Part shown: positions 22,701 to 34,786 of the stretch, piece by piece
Layout: each line of letters starts with the position of its first letter
Numbering within the stretch: the stretch's first letter is position 1
Assembly: GCF_008831285.2 (NCBI RefSeq)
Contig: NC_045138.2
Coordinates: 43,276,001 to 43,340,000, forward strand
Direction of reading: 5' to 3'
Source of the DNA: Nymphaea colorata
Lineage: Eukaryota
DNA: 64,000 nucleotides
The notes under the pieces: generated by a model
Databases searched by the model: none
The model's input: the letters and a program-made list of their open reading frames with translations, nothing else
Told to the model about the DNA's origin: nothing
Made by a program: the position numbers and the translations under genes

Positions 22701-24997
22701 AAGGCCCTCACGCTCATGGCCGCCACCAATCATCTTCCCAGTTGGTAAGTCCTGAAAAGAACAAGAGTCAGATTCAAAAATGACTTTACATTGTAAGTCG
22801 ATAGCTAGCTGCTTCACAGATATCAAATTAACAGGAAACTGAGGAACATATAGCACATGTGTAATAGTGCCTAAATGTGGAAGGTAAATATCACCGCTAC
22901 CCAAAACAGGGGACAACTTGCCATCAGCCAGCCTAACATGCTGTGGTGTAGAAAATCTGACAAATGATGAAAAATTTTGTGGTTGATTACAACAATGTCT
23001 AGAAGCGCCCGAGTCTATCATCCATGTCATACCTGGATCAGCAGCAGGAGCACCAACAGAGAATGCTGAATCTATAATAGGAGCATTGGTAGATGTAGAG
23101 GCAGACCTTTCAGCAAGAACACGATCATATTCATCCTTACTTAAGAGAATATGACATAGATATAGAAGGATCAGTAGAAGACTCAACCATAGATATTGTT
23201 GCCTTTAAATGAGTTGCTTGGGATGAAGAAGGACCTTTGCTTGCGGCAATTCTACCTCCACCACGTCCAGAGGAAACATTAGACCTGAGGTGGGGATGTT
23301 TGTCCCAACAACGATCCTCTAGATGACCAACTTTGCCACAATAAGAGCACTGAAATCTGCCACGTCCTGCACCACGGCCTGTACCACGTCCCCTAGTGCC
23401 ACCAAAAGAACTAGGACCCCGTCCTCCTGATATCACAAGTGCAGAGACTGGTGTGTCAAGTGTATTCTGAGAAAGAGTGGCTGCAAAACGACTCAGCCTA
23501 TTATACGTGTCTCTAAATCTGGAAGTTCACTGCCTGTTAGACTTTGAGACTTTGCCACAGAGTATTCTGAAGATAAGCCAGATAGGAACTTCGCTACCAT
23601 ACCAGTCTCAACGTGTGATGCATAACAATGCTGGCAAGGTGGACGTAGAGCCTTTAACTGTTCATATGCAGCAGTCAATGTAGCAAAATACAGAGATAGA
23701 TCCTGATCCCCTTGTCGAATGTTGCATAACTCCTCTTCTAGTTGCAGGATTTTGATTACATTAGTGGCATGCGAGTATGTCTTCCTCAAGAAAGACCACA
23801 TATCCTTGGCCTTAGTATAATATGCAATAGTTGAGGCTATATGAGACTCCACACTATTCATAATCCAAGACATAACAATATAATTATCTTCATCCCACGC
23901 AGCATATATCTCTTTTTTCTCAATAGGTTCATCCTCCTCAAGAATATATTTCTTCCTATGACCAGCCACCGACATTATGAATACCCTAGACGATATTTCA
24001 TAATTTGAACCATTAAGCTTAATCGTGGTTCCATAAGAAAATGAATTTCCAGCCATCTTGTAGTCAGTAGACCCTTCTGATTTTTTTTTGTTTTCAGCCA
24101 TAGTAAATAAAGAAGACCAGATTGATGCATAAGTTAAAACAAAGGGCTAGGAAATCACTCACATACAGATTTGTTTCAGCCACTTACAGGTCTGTTTCAG
24201 CCGATGACTGAAGACTGTTGCAACTTATAACAACAGCTGGTTCACATAAAACTAGCTGTCCACGTGTCAAAGGAATCCACGATATCAATAAATCTTGTAC
24301 TAAGGATCGGCAGCAGTCCTCACGCAGCCTTACTTTACTGAATTTGTATCCATGATTTATAGAAAAAACAAATTCTGCTCATATCAAACTTAAGTTCATA
24401 AGCAGCATATAGACTCCACAAAGCATCCACAATCTATAGACGATTCTGCTCATAGCAAGATGATATGCATAATCAGCATATAGACTCCACAAACCACAGC
24501 GTCACAGGTCACGCTGCACCCACAACCGTCTGCTTCACACGACCAACATGAGGATCTGATCACGCCTTCCACATAGGCGTGATCAGGCCCTCCTCCACAC
24601 GGCACGCCCAACCCCTATTCCTTCACCGTCTCCTTATTGGGTGATAAGAGGGAATAACTGAATAAGGGATAGCGATGACAAGAGAGAGGACGATAAAATA
24701 ATAACGAACTCACTTGGCTGTTCGCCGGAAAGATTGTCGCTGGAGAAGGTGGCCGCCGGAGAGGAAGGTCACCGGAAAACGCACCCTGCAGTCGACGCCA
24801 ACCCCTACTCTGATACCATGTTACGAGAGAGAGAGAGAGAGCCAAAAAAGATAATCTCATTACGTGACCCTAATCTCTATTAAAAGAGATTAGGGTTAGA
24901 GGATTTACAAAAGTAGTCCAATAGAAATAAGAAAGCATTTAAAGAGCTCCTCCCTAACTTCCTAATATTTCAGAAAACCCCTTTTGCATCTTTAACA
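19708..24997 (-). mobile_element. Full-length degenerate Ty1/copia, family A copy A2
   Basis: LTRs at 24819-24997 (5') and 19708-19884 (3') with several mismatches. PBS TGGTATCAGAG, PPT, and TSD GGGTG/AGGTG (4 of 5). The gag-PR-IN-RT-RH region is split into ORFs 23493-24101, 23137-23436, 22401-23186, 21109-22455, 20766-20975 and 19939-20640. Confidence 0.95.
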
Positions 24998-27650
24998 AGG
25001 TGATTTGTTTGAAGTATGCTATTGCTAGCGAAATAATCTAGTGTCATCTGTGGATTTCTAATAGGGAAGAAAAATTGCCAATACTAATGCCTCAACAAGG
25101 CATTAGGCGCTTACGTTGGGTGTCTAATTAATTGATGATGTGCGTAGTGATGTATTTGAAAGATTCGAGCTCAATGACCTCTTAATTTTGGAAAAAACTT
25201 GAAGAAATATTCTATGGGCCAATTCAACCTATCAGCATCTACTCGAGTCGACAACCTACGACTCGATGGTCCTACTTCTTACCTGAATAGATTTTAGAGC
25301 AAAGTGAATAGAAAATTTATTGTTGTGAATTTTTGCAAGTAGACCGGGCACATTGAGCATACCTTGAGCGACAAGACCTAGAGCTCGAGACGATTTTGGG
25401 TTTTGTGGAGGCGCATGACAGGTATGGTGGGATTTCAATCAAATCCACACCTGGGTCCAAATATGAAGTATGTGTTGTCAGGATCATTGGATCCTATGAT
25501 TGTGTTTTTGTCTGAATGATGTGTGATATGACATGTCCCTTGACATATGAATGTATGCATGAACTTACTTGATTGTGTTGATTAATTGTCTTTACATGCT
25601 CTGCGATGGCATACACATGCCAGAAATTATAATTGCTTAAGATAGATTAAGTGGGGTATCGATTCGAGTACCTCCTCTGCTCCTCATCCCCAATTGTGCA
25701 CTAGTGAGCATCTTAGCATGATATTTGCATAGGACAGCTACGAGCCAACCACAAATCAATACTACTTTTTATGGTTCGGCTAAGTTTTTGTATGAAGTGA
25801 TTGTATGGTTTGACTATTGTGATTGTTACGAGGTTTTCGTCTCCATTGTCGTTGGATTGTGATTCGATTGCATGGAATTAACAGGGTAGAAGTACTCATA
25901 AAGCGTGATCTGGCTAGCTAACAGTATTGATTGTGTGACCTTCTTAAGAAGACGAATTGGGGTCTGATGCACTCGTGAAGTGAACCAACCTCATGTGAGA
26001 ACCAATCCTATCATGATTATGTTTTCATAATGATAAAATAAGAAAGAATAATGGATCGAAGGTCAGTAGGTTATGGCTGATAAGATGCTGGATCTAATCT
26101 GATTCAGATCCAACACATCTACTGATTCAGATCCAACACGTCTTACCATGTCTGAGCGCATTTATCTAGGCAGGGTTATGATTGTAATTTTTATAATTGT
26201 TTCTTCCTAGACTCTAGGTTATTGTGTTGCTTCACTCTAGGCTCTAGATTATTGTGATTGTTTCATTCTAAATTCTTGAAAAATGTGTAGAGGGATCACT
26301 ATATAAATGGGTTGTGTGAATGTAGAAACACACCTCCCTTCCTCATTTCTCTTTTCTTGTTTTCTCTTTTATCTTTCCTTTGCTGAATCTGGACGTGCGT
26401 TATACTTCGACACCCAAAATCTTACATGGTATCAGAGCAAGGTCTGGCTGGTGTTACCAACGAGAATGTTTGAACAGCCTTGAAATCTCCTAGTTGGTTT
26501 TCTCTTATACCTCTTAAGGATTTTGTTCCTAAACCTTCATCTATCTTGACAACACTCTTATATTTCTGTTAGTATATATCTACGTTGATAGATATATAAT
26601 TTATCATGGACATTCTCTCACAATCCAATATGTCCTCCAACTTCTTGCCACATCTTATTTCAGAAAAACTGAATCACTCCAACTACCTTACCTGGAAAAG
26701 GCAGATCACTCCTTTTATAAGGAGTCAGGATCTGTACGGACATCTTGATGAGTCCATTCCAATCCCACCACAGTTCATTCAACAGGAGGTTAAGAATGAG
26801 AAAGGAGAGACAATTTCTACTCAGGAAATTCGTGACCCTCAATTTATAACATGGATGAAACGAGATCAAAGTCTTTGTTGCGTATATCACATCAACGCTC
26901 TCTCAAGAAGTGTTGATTTCTCTTTCTGATGATTGTATAGCAAGACAGTTATGGATCAATCTTGCTCCACCTATTCTCAAATTTCAGAGGCATGTATTCT
27001 ATATTTAAAGAAAGAATTTCAGAATCTTAGCAAAGGGTCAAGGTCGATTATGGAATATTTGGGACGTCTTAAAGGGATAGCTGATAAGTTGGGAGTTGTT
27101 GGATATGTTGTTTCCAACAAAGAAAAAGTCCAGCAGACTCTTAGTGGCCTTGGACCAGATTTTTATGCCTTCACTACTGCTCTTGAAGTTTTGCTTATCT
27201 TGCCCACCTTCAATGAACTTCAGGGCAAGCTGCTTCAACATGAAATGAACATGAAACAACTGATGGGAGGAACAAACCAAGGTAATGCTCACAATGTTTT
27301 AGTTATGGAAGTTGTTGCAGGTCATAGAAAAGGAAATGGGGCTCATCAAAGAGGCATGAATCGTGGGCATGATGAACAAAATGGCAAAGGTATTCTGCCA
27401 ACACCAAGTGTTACAAGAAGATTTCAAACTAATACCACAAAAAAGGAGTCACCGTGTTTCCAATGTAACAAGAAGGGTCATATCAAAGCAAATTGCTGGT
27501 TCAATCACAAAACAGAGGCAATAAACCTGAAGCTGAACATAATATCAAACTCCCACCAGCCGATGTACAACAAATACTTATGACTGCCCTCTCCAAGATG
27601 ACAAAGAAACAAAATGATCAAGGCGAATGGTAATTGGATTCAGGTGCTAC

Positions 27651-27933
27651 TGTTAAGTTTTGTGCGTATGGAGGCTCGGGTCTACTCAGACCCGATCCAC
27701 TTGTTTTCTAATCCACACGCCTGAACATACTAGGCGGTGGCACTTCTGTAAATGTTATATAATTTGTGTACATTTTGTTATAACCTGATTAGGTTAATTC
27801 TTTAATATAGATTAAGGATCACACGGCTGTTAACGCCTGTGACTCTCTTCTTCCATTTGTCTCCTCTTCTATTTCTTCTTCTCATTCTACCTGATTTCAA
27901 ACAGAGAGACGTGAATAAGCGAAGATTCTTACA
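27651..27933 (+). mobile_element. Copia-type solo LTR, 283 bp, inserted in the protease active-site codons of element C
   Basis: TGTTAAG...CTTACA with TSD GCTAC (27646-27650 and 27934-27938). Removing it restores LDSGATTHVTG. Confidence 0.92.
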
Positions 27934-28193
27934 GCTACTACTCATGTAACTGGAAATCCTGGTATGTTACATAACCTTCTTCCTTATTCTGGTAAAAGTA
28001 ATATAGTTACAGGTGACGGAAGTTTTCATCCTATCACACATATTGGAAATGCACAAATTTCCCCTTCAACATCACCATTTCCACTATTTTTGTCAAATGT
28101 TGCTCTTGCTCCAAATATCAAAAAGAATATTATTTGCATTTCTAAACTTGTAGATGATACAAACTCATCTGTTGAATTTACTTCTTCTGTGTA

Positions 28194-28556
28194 CTATGTC
28201 GCATGGACACGGCAAAATAGCCCACATATCTATGTCGACACGCGGACACGGGGATACGGGTGCGGACACGGCTAGGACACGGCAAAAAATAAAAGTCACT
28301 AATTTAATGTTTTTTTTATTTTATCAATTTTTTATGATGCATCCAATTATTTCCATGAACAATCCTTTCAGATATTCAGTACTTTTGTGATAAAACACAT
28401 TTTCTAACAAGATTGTAAGAGTGAACTATTAATTTAATGTTTTTTTAATCTTATCATTTTTTATAATATATAATGTACCCGTGTCCGCGTATCCAAAAAA
28501 TTTGAAAATTTCCGTATCTACACCCGTATCCCCGTATCTGCACCCGTGTGACATAG
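28194..28556. mobile_element. hAT MITE, 363 bp, close copy of 6213-6596, nested in element C
   Basis: TIRs CTATGTC / GACATAG, 8-bp TSD TCTGTGTA on both sides, and an interior nearly identical to the 6213 copy. Confidence 0.93.
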
Positions 28557-31500
28557 TCTGTGTATGTCAAGGATCTTCTAACGAAGAAAACATTCATTGA
28601 AGGGGAATGCCAAGCAAATATGTATGTTTTCAAGGAAAATCCTTATTTCTTACAGTCCTCTTCAAGTCCAGCTCAATTGACATGTTTTCCTTCCAACGCA
28701 CCTTTACAAATTCCAAGTTCTAGCTCAAATTTATGGCATGGTCGTATGGGACATTGTAGTCGTGGGTTTTTGGAAAAACTTGCATCAAATAATCTCATTC
28801 AAAAATCCAGTTTATCCTTTGATTCCTATGACAAAAAATGTTCTAGTTGCGAACTATGTAAGAGGCATATACTTCCTTTTCATAATATGAATAAAAGAAC
28901 TTTTAAACCTTTTGAGATTGTCTATTCTAATGTATGAGGGTCAGCTCCCGTTGATTCCTTGTCTGGCTCTCGTTATTATGTTTTGTTCATAGATTCTTAT
29001 TCTCAATATACTTGGATTCACTTCATGAAACAAAAATCAGAAGTGTTTAGTATCTTTTGAGAATTTCATGTCATGATCCAAACACAGTTTTCATCTAAAG
29101 TTGTGCATTTCCATTGTGATGGTGGGAGAGAATATTCTTCACATGACTTTATTAACTTTTTACGAGAAAATGGGATAACTCGACAGATTTCATGCCCATA
29201 CACCCCACAACAAAATGGTGTAGCTGAACGGAAACATCGTCACATCGTGGAAAGTGGTATGAGTATGATGCATGATAGTAATACTCCTATTACTCTATGG
29301 ACAGAGGCTTTTCACACCGCTGTACATATAATAAATCGTCTGCCCATGACAATTTTGGATTCAAAATCTCCTTATTTCACTCTTTTTGGTCGAAATCCAA
29401 ACTATAATGATTTAAGGGTTTTCGGATGTGTGTGCTATGTTCACATTGACTCGTCACTGAGAAATAAATTTCAAAGTAAAGCAGTGCAGTGCTGGTTCGT
29501 TGGCTATGTAGATGAATACAAAGGTTTCAAATGTTATGACCCTACAACCAGACGCATCAAAGTATCAAGAAATGTTGTGTTTGATGAATATAACTTTAAC
29601 ATTTCTACTGAGAATTCTCAACCCGTGGAATCATATGATCCTTGGGTAAGTGCTGAGTTATTTGCAGGAGGCAGTCTAGAATCTCATCCACATGATGAGA
29701 TAGGATCTTCACATATCACACAAACAGAAGGAAACAAAGAACTTGTTCCAGTTATGAAAGAAGGAGAAAACAATGCTTCATGTCGATTTTCAGGACAGGT
29801 TTACACTCGTCAGAAAAGAAGGAGAGATGACAATCTGACCTCTTCCCATGTTGAAGTCTATGATCAGCCTGTTAGAAGATCTGTGCGAGTGCGACACCCC
29901 ATTCATAGATGGGTAAGTTACGATAATCTTTCCTTAGATTTTCAGCTTTTTATGTCTCAAGTTATAAAACAAGATGAACCTACTTCATTTGAGGAAGCAT
30001 CCAAGTCGTCCCATTGGATCAAGGCAATGAATGAAGAAATAGATTCATTACATAAATGTGGGACATGGGAAGTTGTTCCTAAACCCAAAGAAAAAAATGT
30101 AGTAGGATCGAAATGGGTTTATAAAGTTAAATATAAACCTGATGGCAGTGTGGAAAAATACAAGCCAAGATTGGTGGCACGAGGCTTCACACAACAATAT
30201 GGAGAAGACTATGATGAAACATTCAGCCCTGTGATCAAAATGGGAACAATCTGTGCGGTTATATCATTGGCAGTTGAATATGGATGGAGACTACATTAAA
30301 AAGACGTGAAGAATGTTTTTCTTCATGGTGATTTGAGGGAGGAAGTACATATGGAACAACCTCCAGGATATACGAAAGGAGACTCTCATGCATGGGTTTC
30401 TAAACTAAGAAAATCTATTTATGGACTCAAACAGGCCTCACGCTCATGGTTTGACAGTTTCTCCTGCAAAATTCAAGAATGTGGTTTTCGGAGATGTCCT
30501 CTAGATCACTCTCTTTTCATTTATCAAAAGGAAAAATATTTACTTCTTATATATGTTGATGATATTGTTAACACAGGCAATTCAAAAAACACAAAAAAGA
30601 AACTAAAGTTTTGATGATGCAAAGCTTCAAAATGAAAAAGCTTGGTGATTTACAATTCTTTCTTGGAGTCGAGATTGATAGGCACAATAATTGCCTCACA
30701 TTGACACAACAGAAATACATGTTGGATCTGTTGAAAAAGACAGGTATGTCAGATTGTAAGTCTGTTGGAACTCCTAGTGTTCTAAATCAAAGACTAAGTG
30801 CTCAGGATGGGGAGTTATATGAAGATCATACACAATATCGAAGGATTGTTGAGGCACTTCACTATCTAACATTCACTAGACCAGATATTATATATGTTGT
30901 GTATCAAGTATCTCAATTCATGCATGCACCTAGAGATACTCACATAGATGCTGCGAAAGAATATTAAGATATCTAAAAGGAACAGCAGGAGATGGCTTAG
31001 TTTATGGTAAGAGTGAAAATATAACTGCTAGACATCAACTTATGACATTCATAGATGCAGATTGGGCTGGAGATCCCGATCAAAGAAAGCTCATTTCTGG
31101 TTTTTGTATTTTTATTGGATGTAATATTGTGTCTTAGAGTTGTCGAAAGCAAAAGGCAGTGGCAAGATCCAACACTGAAGTTGAATACAGATGGACGGCA
31201 GCAGGAACTGCTGAAGTTACATGGGTTAGACATTTGCTAGAAGACATTAGAGAAAAGATTAAAACGTCAATGTTAATGTGCGATAATCAAAGCGCTATTA
31301 ACATTGCTTTTAATCTCATATAACATGGTCGAACAAAGCACATTGAGATTGGTCAACACTTTATTAGACAAAAGGTGGAAGACAAGGAGATTCAGCCTAT
31401 TTATGTTCGTACAGATGAACAAGTTGCAGACTTATTTACAAATGGACTAATGAAGCAACGATTCTGGTTTTTAAAATGCAAGTTGTACATGGTGCAAAAC

Positions 31501-32964
31501 CATATACAACTTGAGGGAGGATGATAAGATGTTGGATCTAATCTGATTCATATCCAACACATCTACTGATTCAGATCCAACACATCTTACCATGTCTGAG
31601 CGCATTTATCTAGGCAGGGTTATGATTGTAATTTTTGTAATTGTTTCTTTATAGACTCTAGGTTATTGTGCTGCTTCGCTCTAGGCTCTAGATTATTGTG
31701 ATTGTTTCATTCTAGATTCTTGTAAAATGTGTATGGGGATCACTATATAAATGGGTTGTGTGAGAATGTAGAAACACACCTCCCTTCCTCATTTCTCTTT
31801 TCCTATTCTCTCTTTTATCTTTCCTTTGCTGAATTTGGACGTCCGTTATACTTCAACACCCAAAATCTTACAATGGCAATATATTTGGGATACATCTTAC
31901 CCTCGCCACTAGTCTCACCTGCTCGAAGTGCAGGCGGTGCAAGGCCTTAGGATATCATTGTCTGATGTTGTGTCCTATGGAAGCTGAGCAACTTTACTTG
32001 GAATTCACACATCCTTGATTGATTGCTCTACCATTGTAGCGTGAAAGGATTCGTATTTTTTCAGGCAACCACGGAGGGTTTTCTCCTGACTGTAGGCTAC
32101 CCGTGGTGTGCACGTGCCTGTGTTTTGTACCCATAGAAGCTATCAATTCACTGAATCGAATGTAAATGAGACAAATGTAAATGAAGTGAATGTGCATGAA
32201 TTGAATATGACTAATAAGTGCGTTGATTGTGACTATTCTGGAATATGTGGGGGACTACGATGACAAGTTATGTGACTGCACATGTCTATCATGATATCAT
32301 AGTGATTATGTTTTGTGTATGTTAGATTCCAAATTTGAGACCTTAACTTAGTGGTTAGGATTCATCTGGTTTTCGACATATTGCTAAGGCACAACCTTCT
32401 GTTGTCTATCATTTTCAGGTTTGGCAAACCCAAGGCGGCAGGTTAATCAGATCACTTAGCCCATATCCTACTGGGGAGATTTTTGGTGTATTGTTGTGTC
32501 GGCGCGTCATGTTTCGTCACGTTCTTGTCTTGTTTTTGCTTAGACATCGATGTTTTGTTTTAAGGGCATTTCTATCATGAGTGTCACTGATAAATGTTAA
32601 GTCATTTTGCATGTCTCGATGAGTTATGTTGAAAGAAAAAAAAAATTTGGGGGTCAAAAGTCGGGGTGTGACAATCCATCCTTAAGATAATACCAAGCAT
32701 CATGAGGCAATTCAAATTTGGCAGAATGAGGACCAGCCAAAGCAGCTACACTACTTAAGAGTGAAGATTGAAGTTGTAGCAGAATGAGGACCAGCCATTC
32801 ATTTCATTCAAGGTTCTCTCTCTTTCATCACCTCTTTCGAAAGAACAAACTTCAGCTCATTGTTAGGATCTTTTAGGAGTGAACTTTGAGAAAAAAAAAA
32901 AACTAAGGTTAATCTACTAGAATGCAACATTCACACATCCATACATACATACATACATACGTAC

Positions 32965-32969
<5 letters not shown>

Positions 32970-33033
<64 letters not shown>
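32970..33033. repeat. (TA)n microsatellite preceded by (CATA)n
   Basis: Visible directly in the sequence. Confidence 0.95.
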
Positions 33034-33036
<3 letters not shown>

Positions 33037-33825
33037 GTCTCACTTCCTGCACTAATGCATATTTGATATCTACTACATAGTCATAAATAACGTTAATGAT
33101 AGTCACAAATAACGTTAACGAGTTTAAAACGGCGAGCTTTAAAAAAGGGAGAAAAAAGGAAAAAATATGGTAAATTTTTAGAAAAACAAAAGATGGGGGA
33201 AAATAAAATAAGTGAGAACTAATAACACAAACATCAAAAGGTAAGTAAATTTACAACAAATAAAAAATAGAAAATAAAAAAAAATGTTTGGCATTAAAAA
33301 AATGAAAAAAGTGAAAAAAATAAAAATGTGTTTTTTTTGTTTTTAACGTGTTTTTAAAAAAAATGTGTTTTTTAAAGTTTTAAATGGCCATTTAATTTAT
33401 CGCGTTTTTTTCGGAAAAAAAAAAGTGTTTTCTGTGACTATTACTTTGACTATGTTTAACTGAAGTAAAAGATTGTGGTGTAGGTTTCTTGGCAAACCTT
33501 GGAAAATTCTGCACATATAAAAATTCTGCATAGATAAGTAAAGAACATGTTTCAAAAATATAATAGAAATGTCACGTAAGGAAAGAAATAACTGAAAAGA
33601 TGCAGTTGATGAACCAAACCGAAAATATCATGCTCCACACCAGCATCCTATTAAACTGAATGAACAACCTCCACGCTGGTAACATAATTTCACCTAAACT
33701 GTACAAATTAATAAAGAAGCATACTAAAAAGAAAAGGACTACACCACACATTGACCAACTCTATCCTAAATTCCATGATTGTGGACTCCATAGCATAGTC
33801 CCATGATGAAGTGAAACCAGGTCAC

Positions 33826-33956
33826 CTTTGATTGCAGGGTACAATTTCAAATGAAAGTACGTGTCGCCTATAGTTGTGGACATTAAGTGCATCCATCTTA
33901 CAGAAGTTCCTGAAATCATGTTCCCCGACCAACTTTCTACCACCATCCTCCATTGC
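33826..33956 (-). CDS. PUS3: tRNA pseudouridine(38/39) synthase, exon 2 visible (AMEDGGRKLVGEHDFRNFCKMDALNVHNYRRHVLSFEIVPCNQ)
   Basis: T-rich tract with AAG acceptor and GTGAC donor, 131 bp, phase 0-2. GEHDFRNFCKMD is the TruA-family G-x-HDF motif in its Pus3 form. Confidence 0.95.
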
Positions 33957-34160
33957 CTTGTGCAAAAAAAAAGAAATAAATAAACAAATAAATGAACATA
34001 GAAGCTATACATTCAAAAGGCTATAATCTATATTATTATTCATATAAAACATATTTTCGTTATTCAATGAATATTTTACATAATGTACAAGGCCCTAGGC
34101 CACAATCTATACGCACAGAGTGAAATGCCAAAACAAAGCTCCGAGGTTATAGAGACATAC

Positions 34161-34221
34161 AGATATGTGGAGATTTCCTCTCCAAAAAAGGTACTTGTAT
34201 TCTCTACTCAAACAGCTAAAC
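34161..34221 (-). CDS. PUS3: tRNA pseudouridine(38/39) synthase, exon 1 visible (RFSCLSREYKYLFWRGNLHIS)
   Basis: TTTTTGCAG acceptor and GTATGT donor, 61 bp, phase 2-0. It carries the (A)RF-S-C-x-x-R-x-Y-x-Y TruA motif. Upstream exons with the catalytic Asp were not found in the window. Confidence 0.93.
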
Positions 34222-34473
34222 CTGCAAAAAGTAATGGACAAAAAATTCAGGTTAAATGTGTGTGCTAAAAGGTTGCAGAAATTGGACAATGAGCTGTAAT
34301 GAATGGTTAACTATGTGGCTTTCTTGTACCTTAAATATTGTAATATATGATAAACCATTTAAACAACTTTAAAAATATAGAGGTAGTTCATAATAAACAA
34401 ACTCATGCATTCCTTTATCTCCTCCCTCCCCCTCCTCCTCCTCTTTGCTACCCCACCCCCGCAACCTTATTGC

Positions 34474-34786
34474 GGCCTGTTTGAATGGAAAAAAAAAAAG
34501 ATGATACTAATCAATGGGAAGGAAATGAAAGGAAAGGAAGGGATTACTAATGGGAAGGGAAAGGAGAGGAAAGGGAAGGGAAGGAACCCTGTTTCCTTTC
34601 CATCCCAATCATTCCTATTTAGGAAGGATTGGAATTACACAAGAATCCTTTCCTTTCATTTCTCTTGCATCCAAACACTTTTAAGAGGTTTCCTTTACTT
34701 TCCCACCTCTTTAATAAACCATCCAAACACAGGAACTTCTATCTTTTCATTTCTTTCCCTTCAATCTCCCTCCATCCAAACAGGCC
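34474..34786. mobile_element. Tourist/PIF-Harbinger-like MITE
   Basis: TIRs GGCCTGTTTGAATGG / CCATCCAAACAGGCC, with a purine-rich left half mirrored by a pyrimidine-rich right half. No clean TWA TSD. Confidence 0.7.

Larger units (their letters stand above)
26078..31872 (+). mobile_element. Full-length degenerate Ty1/copia, family C, carrying two nested insertions
   Basis: LTRs at 26078-26426 and 31522-31872, roughly 5% diverged by eye. TSD ATGGC, PBS TGGTATCAGAGC at 26427, PPT. Gag (CFQCNKKGHIKANC), IN, RT and RH fragments have many stops and frameshifts. Confidence 0.95.
18458..32673 (+). mobile_element. Ty3/gypsy-type (Tekay/Del-like) solo LTR of about 3.1 kb, expanded to 14.2 kb by two nested copia insertions
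   Basis: Starts TGTAATGTTT and ends GGGGTGTGACA, with 5-bp TSD ATCCA (18453-18457 and 32674-32678). Once 19708-24997 and 26078-31872 are removed it is colinear with the element at 41747-44778. The lineage is inferred only from termini and length. Confidence 0.85.

Noticed and set aside
32721..32797. 19-bp direct repeat GCAGAATGAGGACCAGCCA twice, 39 bp apart, superficially CRISPR-like
   Set aside because: Only two units, plant intron context and no cas genes; a local duplication is enough to explain it.
33076..33454. Possible MITE with CATAGTCA/TGACTATG ends
   Set aside because: Short TIR and no matching TSD.
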